Virus record (IMG/VR): IMGVR_UViG_3300020045_012053
Span: 1-49,567 of that record
Origin: a virus
Taxonomy: Duplodnaviria > Caudoviricetes
Length of the DNA: 49,567 bases
Strand: one strand, 5' to 3'
Position 1 is the stretch's first letter, and each line of letters opens with the position of its first letter. The position numbers and the translations under genes are program-made. Under the pieces are notes generated by a model. The model was not told the DNA's origin. It searched no databases and worked only from the letters and a program-made list of their open reading frames with translations. Shown in pieces: positions 37,602 to 45,129 of this stretch.

Positions 37602-38097
37602 TTATATTGAATTTTAAAACTTTGAATATTATAAAGAACCAAAAAAGTCCTCCAATGAATTTAATTAAAATTTGACCTCCAGTTACTTCGAAATCAATTA
37701 CTTGAAAAGCCACATATTGAAAAACAATACTGTCAATAATAATTGCAACTAAATCGGATAAATTAACTTTAAAGAAAAGAGATTTGTTTTTGAATTTTTG
37801 GTAGAAAAGTCCTGCACCAACTTGAACTGCTGCTATTCCAGCAAAACTCGCGAGAGCAATGTTTAAAGCATCATAATTGAGCAGCACAGTTATAAGTCCC
37901 GAAACCAACGTTAAAAGAAAGAGATTTCTTACTAATTTAATTCCTTTCCAGTTTTCGTGAAAAATACAACGACAAACAAAATCAAAAGGAATTAGAAATG
38001 CTGAAGAAAACCAAAGTCCGTGAGCTCCAAAGTGTTTTACTATTAAATTAGCCGCTATTAAAGCGGCTAAATATAATATTATAAGTCCGGACTTCAT
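37591..38097 (-). CDS. yhhQ: Queuosine-precursor transporter-like membrane protein (VUT/YhhQ family)
   Basis: Multi-TM; ANL, IALAS, S..V..IIDS.VF...AF, GQ...K motifs; located inside the que cluster. Confidence 0.75.
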   Translation of the reverse strand: MKSGLIILYLAALIAANLIVKHFGAHGLWFSSAFLIPFDFVCRCIFHENWKGIKLVRNLFLLTLVSGLITVLLNYDALNIALASFAGIAAVQVGAGLFYQKFKNKSLFFKVNLSDLVAIIIDSIVFQYVAFQVIDFEVTGGQILIKFIGGLFWFFIIFKVLKFNINGK

Positions 38098-38098
38098 A

Positions 38099-38464
38099 TT
38101 AATAAAGATGATAAGTCGGTTCGTAAAAACAAGAAGTCTTTGGTGTTTCGCTCATTTTTACAGCATACATCTTTGGAAAGTCCGGCTTAAACTTATCAAA
38201 GATAAACTTACTCATTAACTCGACAGTTGGATTAAAGTCAAATATTTCGTTTAAATGTCTGTGGTCCAAAGTGTCGTCAATCCATTTTGAAATAGGCTTC
38301 AAGTCGTTATAGTCTTGAACAAAACCAGTTTCGTCCGGTTCTCCTTTTAAACAAATTGTCAATGTATAATTGTGTCCGTGCAGTCTTCCGCAAGGATGTC
38401 CTTCAGCTAAACCTTTTAAAATGTGCGAAGAACTAAAATGAAATTCTTTTGTAATTACGTGCAT
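38099..38464 (-). CDS. queD: 6-carboxytetrahydropterin synthase
   Basis: F.SSH, C.RLHGHNY, LDH..LN, PT.E, ET motifs. Confidence 0.95.
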   Translation of the reverse strand: MHVITKEFHFSSSHILKGLAEGHPCGRLHGHNYTLTICLKGEPDETGFVQDYNDLKPISKWIDDTLDHRHLNEIFDFNPTVELMSKFIFDKFKPDFPKMYAVKMSETPKTSCFYEPTYHLY

Positions 38465-38465
38465 A

Positions 38466-39242
38466 CTATTCTTTATTTAAAATTTTTTGAGCATTTTGAA
38501 CAGTCCATAACCATCCATTTAAGTATTCAACTGGATCAATTCGACCGATGTTAATAAAGGCTTCTACTCTTTCAATATCCGCTCCAGAAGTTCCGGAACT
38601 CCTGCCTTGTGAATCAGGATTGTAAGAAGTATTGGTATTTGCAAGAATTTCGTCGAAATCTAATCCGAGAATTTCGCAATTTTTCAAGCAATCTTTTAAA
38701 ATTGCTGTTTTGTCAAATTGAAGGTAAGGCAAAGTGAAATTAACTCTTTCGGAGTCATAGTTTCCGGACTTAAACGCTTTTTCAATTTCTTCGTAGAATT
38801 CCAAACGACAATCCGGGTAAATTGCGTGATCTCCTGCGTGAACACCTAAGCAAATGTCAACTGGTTCGTTTTCTCTGTTTGCAATAGACAAGGCGTATCC
38901 AAAAATCAAAGAGCTAAAAATTGCGTTTCTGTTAGGAACCACAGTTGCTTTCATATTTTCTTGCTCGTAGTGTCCAGATGGAACTTCAATTGAGTCTGTT
39001 AAAAGTGCTGAGTCAAATAACTTTCCTAAAATAGACAGGTCTATTATATTCCAGTCAACAACGTCTTTATCAAGCGATTTAAGTAACGTTATGTTCTTTT
39101 CCAATCGTTTGAGTTCAACTTTGTGTTTTTGTCCGTAATCAACGGACAAACCATAGACTTTATAACCCTCGGCTAAAAGTCTTATCATTAAACAGGTGGA
39201 ATCCATTCCACCTGATAATGATATAACTGCTAATTTTTTCAT
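38466..39242 (-). CDS. queC: 7-cyano-7-deazaguanine synthase
   Basis: SGGMDST, YGQKH, VPNRN and YPDCR motifs. Confidence 0.93.
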   Translation of the reverse strand: MKKLAVISLSGGMDSTCLMIRLLAEGYKVYGLSVDYGQKHKVELKRLEKNITLLKSLDKDVVDWNIIDLSILGKLFDSALLTDSIEVPSGHYEQENMKATVVPNRNAIFSSLIFGYALSIANRENEPVDICLGVHAGDHAIYPDCRLEFYEEIEKAFKSGNYDSERVNFTLPYLQFDKTAILKDCLKNCEILGLDFDEILANTNTSYNPDSQGRSSGTSGADIERVEAFINIGRIDPVEYLNGWLWTVQNAQKILNKE

Positions 39243-39256
39243 TTTAATGAATAAAA

Positions 39257-39949
39257 TTATGCTTTTGCTACTGCATAGAATTTGGTAGCTTTTTCTCCTT
39301 CTTTTCCGGCAACTTCTGTGATTACAAAAGTAACTTTTTTCTCAGTTTCCATTCTTACTGGTTGAGTTTTACCACCGATTTGTGCTCTTACGGTATTTCT
39401 CATTGAGTTTTTTTCTTTTTCCGGGAACAAAACAGCTAATTCAGTAACGATTTGTTCTTCGTTTACCGGAGTAGTTGATTTAGCAATAACATCCAAAATC
39501 GAAGCAATTACGCCTGGTTTTTTTGGTTCTGCTACGACAGCGGCTTTGTCTGCTTTTGCTTTTTCAGCAGCGGTGGCTTTGTCTGCTTTTGCTTTTGCTG
39601 TGGCAGCGGCTTTTTCTTCTTTGCTTAATTTTGGAGCTTTTTCAGTCGCTGGAGCTGCTTCTGCTGCCGGAGCTTCTTCTGTTGCTGTTTCAGCATTTGC
39701 TTCAACTGCTTCTTCGGAAACAGGTAATTCTTTTGCAAGTTCCGCTTTTTCTTCTTCATTCATCCATTCGGATAGATCAGAAATAGCGAATCCTTCTGAT
39801 TTTACAAATCCAGAGTTTTGCTCTGTTTCTTGTGGAATACCAAAATAGTTTTTGAAATCGATTTCAGAAACATTGCTTCCTAATTCTTCTACGTCTGTTT
39901 CTGATAACACTACTCCAAACGCTACTGCAAATAAAATTAAATTTCTCAT
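39257..39949 (-). CDS. Winged-helix-like protein, paralogue 2 (acidic N-terminus, Ala/Lys-rich linker)
   Basis: C-terminal PGVIASIL...FPEKE...TVRAQIG...PVRMETEK domain. Confidence 0.75.
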   Translation of the reverse strand: MRNLILFAVAFGVVLSETDVEELGSNVSEIDFKNYFGIPQETEQNSGFVKSEGFAISDLSEWMNEEEKAELAKELPVSEEAVEANAETATEEAPAAEAAPATEKAPKLSKEEKAAATAKAKADKATAAEKAKADKAAVVAEPKKPGVIASILDVIAKSTTPVNEEQIVTELAVLFPEKEKNSMRNTVRAQIGGKTQPVRMETEKKVTFVITEVAGKEGEKATKFYAVAKA

Positions 39950-40008
39950 TTTTAATGATTTTAAATTGTTGTTTTTTTTGAATAAACATCGTGCTTATTC
40001 TTCTTTGA

Positions 40009-40070
40009 CAAATATACAATGTCTTTTTCAATTACCAAACAGTTTTATAATTTTAACAAAACTTTAACAT
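40009..40070 (-). promoter_or_regulatory. Boxed promoter 4
   Basis: Box 40052-40070, CAAA 40036-40039, CAAATATA 40009-40016. Confidence 0.8.
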
Positions 40071-40907
40071 TTAAAAAAGTTTCTGTTGAGCTTTTAAATA
40101 ACTGAAGTCTTTTATTCGATTTAACTCAGTTAAATGTGCTGCATACAACTTATATGACTGGCAACTGTGAAAATCATACGCAAACCATTTCTTTTTGTTT
40201 ACGGCTGTTTTTTCTTCTTTTGTTTCTGTTTCCGGAAAGTGATAACCCATTTTCGTTAACAATTCCAAATATTCATCTTCTGCAAATGTTTCGAAATTGA
40301 ATCCATTCCAGATTATTCCTTGTCTTCCAAAACGTTTGCAACTCTTAAAACTGCTGCTATCCACGCTATACCAAGGATACCTTTTCATTAACTCAATGTT
40401 TGTAAGTCCAAACCCGTGTACTTTTAAATGAGGCTTCTTTTTAAGGATATAACTCCAAACTTCATCGCAATGATTCATAATCCCGGAACTAAACACCAGT
40501 CCGCCTAATGCTATATAAGGAGCGTCAAGTTCCAATATAGGTTCCAGATCAATTAATTCGCTGCCCATATGAAAAGTCGGTATAGGTTTTAATCCATACT
40601 TTTCAACCATATACTTATAGTTTTCAAGAGTTTCTTTTGCGTTGCCCATCACATCCAAAGAAGCGTAATTTATCACGCCAGTTTCTTTAATAAATGCACA
40701 ATATTCGTCAATGTTAATTTCTTTTCCAGAATTAGCAGCAGAGAAAGCACCGGAATCAATAAAGATTTTATGATTCAATTGCATACTTTTTTTGATCACT
40801 TCTGCTTTGTTTTTGAAATAGTGGTAAGAAGCTAATATATTGTACGGTGGAAATAGTGTTGTAGCTGCGATTTCGTCTTCGTTTACAACTGCGGAATAAT
40901 AATTCAT
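40071..40907 (-). CDS. dpdA: DNA 7-deazaguanine transglycosylase (TGT-fold, DpdA family)
   Basis: FIDSGAFS, LDV, P.FH, ALGGL, VHGFG and SVDSSS motifs; embedded in the folE/que cluster. Confidence 0.82.
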   Translation of the reverse strand: MNYYSAVVNEDEIAATTLFPPYNILASYHYFKNKAEVIKKSMQLNHKIFIDSGAFSAANSGKEINIDEYCAFIKETGVINYASLDVMGNAKETLENYKYMVEKYGLKPIPTFHMGSELIDLEPILELDAPYIALGGLVFSSGIMNHCDEVWSYILKKKPHLKVHGFGLTNIELMKRYPWYSVDSSSFKSCKRFGRQGIIWNGFNFETFAEDEYLELLTKMGYHFPETETKEEKTAVNKKKWFAYDFHSCQSYKLYAAHLTELNRIKDFSYLKAQQKLF

Positions 40908-41551
40908 TAGCTTAAAAATTCATTTCTTGTATCGTGATTTGCTCTAAAAACTCCACCAAGCTTTCTTGTAATAGTGTAACTATTTGTATCCTTTATTCCT
41001 CGGCTTTTTACACAATGATGAACGGCAGAAATTTCAACCGCTACATCTTCGGTTTCAAGAATAAATGCTAATGCGTGATAAATTTGCTCGCATAGTCTTT
41101 CTTGAATTTGCGGTCTTCTTGAAAAGAAATCAACAATTCTGTTTAATTTGCTTAAACCAAGAATTTTCTCCTTTGGAATGTACGCAATTTTTGCAAGCCC
41201 ATCAATTACGACAAAATGATGTTCGCAGGTGCTGGAAACAGTAATGTCTTTTTCAATTACCATTTCATCATAGTGCATTTTATTTGCTACTGTGGTACAT
41301 TTTGGAAAATTCTCATAACTAAGGCCGGAGAATATTTCGTCTAAGAACATTTTTGCTACTCTGTCGGGAGTTCCGGACAAACTGTCGTCCGACAAATCCA
41401 AATTCAAAGCCATCATAATATTCTTAAAAGAATCGTGAATAATTGTCCTTGAATCACTTTCCGCATACTTATTCGTATTCATTGGAGTTTCTACTCCTTT
41501 TGCTAAAAGATGCAATCTAATGCTTTCGCCTAATTCCTTGTCTGTCTTCAT
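40907..41551 (-). CDS. folE: GTP cyclohydrolase I
   Basis: TPDRVAKM, STCEHH, GLSKLNRIV, RRPQIQERL and HHCVKSRG motifs. Confidence 0.96.
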   Translation of the reverse strand: MKTDKELGESIRLHLLAKGVETPMNTNKYAESDSRTIIHDSFKNIMMALNLDLSDDSLSGTPDRVAKMFLDEIFSGLSYENFPKCTTVANKMHYDEMVIEKDITVSSTCEHHFVVIDGLAKIAYIPKEKILGLSKLNRIVDFFSRRPQIQERLCEQIYHALAFILETEDVAVEISAVHHCVKSRGIKDTNSYTITRKLGGVFRANHDTRNEFLS

Positions 41552-41554
41552 AAA

Positions 41555-42502
41555 TTATATATTATCGATTAATTTTCTAATTTTTGCTTGATCTTTTAAT
41601 TCTTCAACAAGAACTTTTGAATACTGCGGAATATTCATTTGTCGTATGATTTCTTCTTTTACAAAACTTCGCATCACATCCGGCTTTAATGCGTCAACTT
41701 CCCAACTGATTGGACCGTATTCAGCGATATAATTAGCAGCTCTCGGGTCTGTAATTTTAGCAGGGTTAGGAGGCGGATTGTAAGTTTTAATCTGGTCCAT
41801 TGTTAAACCGATTGGAATAACTTTAAACGCACCATAGCCAACACCGTCAAGTCTTTGTCCTTTATTAAACATAAACTCAAGCCGTTCACGTATGTCTCTA
41901 ATCATATCTAATCCGGATGGATCGTGGTCGCCGAAATATAGAATTGTAACGCTGTTACCTATTCCAATTTGATCAGAAAATCTTTTGTAAGCATTGTAGA
42001 TGGCTGTGGAACTAATATATCCTTTATTTACTACCAAAGAAATAGTATAAGGGTCTGTGACCTTTCTAAGAATACCAGAAATTGCATCTTTTTCAGTCCA
42101 AACTTCGATTAAATTAGTTTGTCCTTTTTGCCTGTCTAAGCAATAGTAATCGACAGTTCTTTCAAGTGCTCCAGCAACTGAATTTTCGTAATAGGCTTTA
42201 ATTGGAATTCTGCCTCGGTCTTCAAAAATAGACCAATCTAAATTTCCAGAATAAACCAATTCATCCTTGATTGTAGAAAGTTTTTTATAAACTTTGTCGT
42301 GGTTTGGAATAGCGTCTTTCGAAACCAATTGATAATACAATTGCCTCAAAGTTAAACTGTCTCCATTGTTTTGGTATTCATTACAGATTTCAATAATAGA
42401 ATTCAAGAGGGTTCTTTTGTCTGCTGTCCAAGTGCGTCCGGTATCTCCGAGTTTTATTCGAATAGATCCGTCAAATTTGATTTTTTTAAATGTTTCTTTC
42501 AT
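41555..42502 (-). CDS. Spo11/topoisomerase VI subunit A-like protein (winged helix + TOPRIM)
   Basis: TLRQLYYQL (catalytic Tyr helix), VWTEKDA, KGY, YFGDHDPSG (DxD), E.DAL motifs. Confidence 0.85.
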   Translation of the reverse strand: MKETFKKIKFDGSIRIKLGDTGRTWTADKRTLLNSIIEICNEYQNNGDSLTLRQLYYQLVSKDAIPNHDKVYKKLSTIKDELVYSGNLDWSIFEDRGRIPIKAYYENSVAGALERTVDYYCLDRQKGQTNLIEVWTEKDAISGILRKVTDPYTISLVVNKGYISSTAIYNAYKRFSDQIGIGNSVTILYFGDHDPSGLDMIRDIRERLEFMFNKGQRLDGVGYGAFKVIPIGLTMDQIKTYNPPPNPAKITDPRAANYIAEYGPISWEVDALKPDVMRSFVKEEIIRQMNIPQYSKVLVEELKDQAKIRKLIDNI

Positions 42503-42504
42503 AT

Positions 42505-42681
42505 TTACTGTGGTATTCCAAATCCTACTTTCTCTCCTTTTTCGTTGAATACTGTATAAAAATATCCAGCTCTGGAGGTTAAAGATCTTGCTTCTTTTAA
42601 AGTTCTCACGAACTTAGTTAAACCTTTTTCAATTCTTTCCGATACTCTCACCTTAGCATCGTTAAACAAGTTTTTCATCAT
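42505..42681 (-). CDS. Small hypothetical protein, 58 aa (not in ORF track)
   Basis: MMKNLFNDAKVRVSERIEKGLTKFVRTLKEARSLTSRAGYFYTVFNEKGEKVGFGIPQ*; between promoter 5 and the Spo11-like gene. Confidence 0.65.
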   Translation of the reverse strand: MMKNLFNDAKVRVSERIEKGLTKFVRTLKEARSLTSRAGYFYTVFNEKGEKVGFGIPQ

Positions 42682-42709
42682 AATTTTTATGGTTTTTTGT
42701 TAATAAGAG

Positions 42710-42772
42710 TAAAAATACAAATCTTTAATTAATGGACAAGTCCACCATATTTTTTTAACATAAATTTAACAT
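42710..42772 (-). promoter_or_regulatory. Boxed promoter 5 (with GGACAAGTCC)
   Basis: Box TTTAACATAAATTTAACAT 42754-42772, GGACAAGTCC 42734-42743, -7 variant TATTTTTA 42710-42717. Confidence 0.72.
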
Positions 42773-42779
42773 ATTGATC

Positions 42780-44117
42780 TTAAAATGGAACATCATTATC
42801 ATCGTCTTCATTGTCTGGATTGAATTCATTATCCTGCTGCTCTTCTGTTTCATCGTGAATTTGTTTTTCGCTGGAGTACTGTTCCCTTTTCAATAACTTA
42901 ACATCTTCATCTTCTTCTACTAATTCAGTATCTAATTCGATGTCAATTCCGGACCAAGTAACATAATATTTTGCGACTCCATTTTTGGTTTTTTTACATT
43001 TAGAATGTTTGGCAAGTGCTCGTCCCATATTTCTGGAATTTAACTTGTTTAGCATTTGAGGACGCTCTGTTCCTAATTTAACAAGAACATCCGCACCGGT
43101 CATGAATTCACCGTGTTTAGTGCTAATATCGTCAAATTGTGCAGACTGGAGCAGCATCTCTTCTTCAAGCGACATTGATCGGAATTGCTCATTAATCTTG
43201 TTTATAACTTTGATTTCGTCAATATCAAACCAGTGTTTATATCCACCTTTCCAAAGAGAATAAACTTGAGCCCACATTTTGTCAATTTCAACTTTATGCT
43301 CGTAATCAATATTTGAAACTTTAAAAACAAGCCAACGCCTGTTTCCTGTGATGTCCGTTAAGAATTTATCATCATTAACAGAACCCAAGAAACTCGCTCT
43401 CCTGATAAAATTGGATTTATAGCGACCAAACGCTTTACGCTCGGATATTCTTTGTCGTGTAATGTAAGACTTAATCGCGCTAATGTCGTTTGATTTAAGC
43501 GTCTCCAGCTCGTCCAAGTGTATAAACCAATACTGACTCAGGTACATTGTGTGATCCTTGTTTTTGGTATCGATATTTCCTTCATATAAGTATTCAGACT
43601 GAAACTTCTTAGGCAGCAAAGACCGCATCCATCTTGTTTTACCAATACCTTGTCCGGACTGAAATACTAAACAAACGTCATTGACCGCATCTTCTTCCAG
43701 TAAGCAATCCAAGGAGCCGACGAAAAACCTTTGCAACGTGCTTCTAAAATGTTCCGGGTCTCCTGTTCCAACTGTTTTGGATATTTGCTCAATGTAATCT
43801 GTTTTTTCGTCCCAAGGTTCCAAGTTTTCAAAGTAATCAAAAAACGGATTGTAATCCTTACTAATCAATTCACTTTCTATAAAAATATTGAATTTGTCCG
43901 AAGGCAAGTCCAAGTCCATTTCCATTAACTTCAGCAGGATATAATTTCTCGTCCTGTCGTCGTATTTTTTCCACGCTGTATTGATTTTCGACTTCTTGCC
44001 TTTTACGTATTCCAAAGTTCGGTATTCGTAAAAAGAGGTGACTACATTAAAACGGAACTGATAATGGCTTGCTATGTAATTGAATGGCTTCTTATATTTT
44101 CCTGTAAAATCTTCCAT
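42780..44117 (-). CDS. VapE/VirE-family replicative helicase-like ATPase
   Basis: GQGIGKT, HLDEL, R..F.R.....RRASF.GS.N, FLTD.TGNRRW motifs. Confidence 0.9.
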   Translation of the reverse strand: MEDFTGKYKKPFNYIASHYQFRFNVVTSFYEYRTLEYVKGKKSKINTAWKKYDDRTRNYILLKLMEMDLDLPSDKFNIFIESELISKDYNPFFDYFENLEPWDEKTDYIEQISKTVGTGDPEHFRSTLQRFFVGSLDCLLEEDAVNDVCLVFQSGQGIGKTRWMRSLLPKKFQSEYLYEGNIDTKNKDHTMYLSQYWFIHLDELETLKSNDISAIKSYITRQRISERKAFGRYKSNFIRRASFLGSVNDDKFLTDITGNRRWLVFKVSNIDYEHKVEIDKMWAQVYSLWKGGYKHWFDIDEIKVINKINEQFRSMSLEEEMLLQSAQFDDISTKHGEFMTGADVLVKLGTERPQMLNKLNSRNMGRALAKHSKCKKTKNGVAKYYVTWSGIDIELDTELVEEDEDVKLLKREQYSSEKQIHDETEEQQDNEFNPDNEDDDNDVPF

Positions 44118-44118
44118 A

Positions 44119-44421
44119 TTATTTTATTAATTCCTGTTCTTGCTGCCAGCGTTTAAAAGTGTGAATATTTACATCTCCTAAATATTTTCTTATTGTAACT
44201 TTTTGGTGAATTACCTGTTTTGTAGGAGATTTTTCTTTCACTTCAAAATGCGATAACTTATGTTCTTTCCAAAAGTCGTCGAAAGATTTTTCTTTCATAT
44301 ATCTTGAAAAAACCGTTGGAACAGTTACAGAAATGTCTTTGTGAAAAACTTTTAAATCAGCATAATAAATTCCTCTTTCGGTAATTTCCGGATCGATGTC
44401 TATTTTGTATTCAACCGCCAT
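44119..44421 (-). CDS. Hypothetical protein
   Basis: Coupled to vapE; start uncertain (ATG 44421 or TTG 44454). Confidence 0.6.
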   Translation of the reverse strand: MAVEYKIDIDPEITERGIYYADLKVFHKDISVTVPTVFSRYMKEKSFDDFWKEHKLSHFEVKEKSPTKQVIHQKVTIRKYLGDVNIHTFKRWQQEQELIK

Positions 44422-44539
44422 ATAATCAAACTTAGAATTAATATTGGAAACCAAAATATTCTTATAATCATATAACTAAAATAAAAGAATTTCATTATAG
44501 GATATAAACCCCATTTTCGAGGACGAATGGTAAATTTTT

Positions 44540-44857
44540 TCATAGTCTGTATTTTTTAGTTTTTCTTTGTCCGTAATTTTTTGGAGTGGAATTATATTCC
44601 GGAGTAGGTGTGTAGTTGAATTCCGGCACTTCAATTCGACTAAGTCCAATTCGTTCCGGTATTGGAAAACTATATTCCGGCATCAATTCTCTTGCTTCTG
44701 TTAATTGTTTAACGCTTATACAATTGACGCTCATTGCGTGTGCCAGTACTAAAATAGCTTCTCGCATTCTGCTTGCTTCTATTCCAACGACAATAACTTT
44801 TGGAATGTCTTTTGTTTTACTGGTCACTTTGTCCGTTATATTGATTTCTATTTCCAT
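44540..44857 (-). CDS. Hypothetical protein
   Basis: Likely start MEIEIN at 44857, after the structured leader. Confidence 0.6.
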   Translation of the reverse strand: MEIEINITDKVTSKTKDIPKVIVVGIEASRMREAILVLAHAMSVNCISVKQLTEARELMPEYSFPIPERIGLSRIEVPEFNYTPTPEYNSTPKNYGQRKTKKYRL

Positions 44858-44871
44858 AATTATATATTTTT

Positions 44872-45007
44872 TAAAAAAGAAAAAGGGCAATAATTTTCGA
44901 AGAATGTCCAGCTCTTCTCAATTAATACCCTTGCCTTTCTTTATACTTTTCAACCTCTGGACTGGTCGCTACGAAGACAAACTTACATATATTTTTTTAA
45001 CCCCAAA
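44872..45007 (-). promoter_or_regulatory. Promoter (TAAGTTTG) plus structured leader with pseudoknot and U-tract
   Basis: -7 element at 44978-44985; 5' GTCCAG is complementary to loop CTGGAC of a long hairpin (44883-44932) followed by a U-tract. Confidence 0.6.
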
Positions 45008-45129
45008 TACGATCAATAAAAATAAATTTTATTATTACCACGGCTAAACTTATTAAAAGCAAAACCGCGGCAATAAATAAAATTTTAGTAAGTTTTTCAA
45101 ACAGTTTGTCCAATTCCTTGTTCAACATA

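Noticed and set aside
40071-40907. tRNA-guanine transglycosylase (tgt) for queuosine
   Set aside because: Short, lacks the TGT zinc-binding Cys motif, and no queF/queA or canonical tRNAs are present; DpdA fits better.
33244-42502. Complete Wadjet (JetABCD) system from the SMC-like and TOPRIM genes
   Set aside because: The genes are 6.5 kb apart, the SMC-like protein is short, and no kleisin/KITE subunits were recognised; kept only as an analogy.
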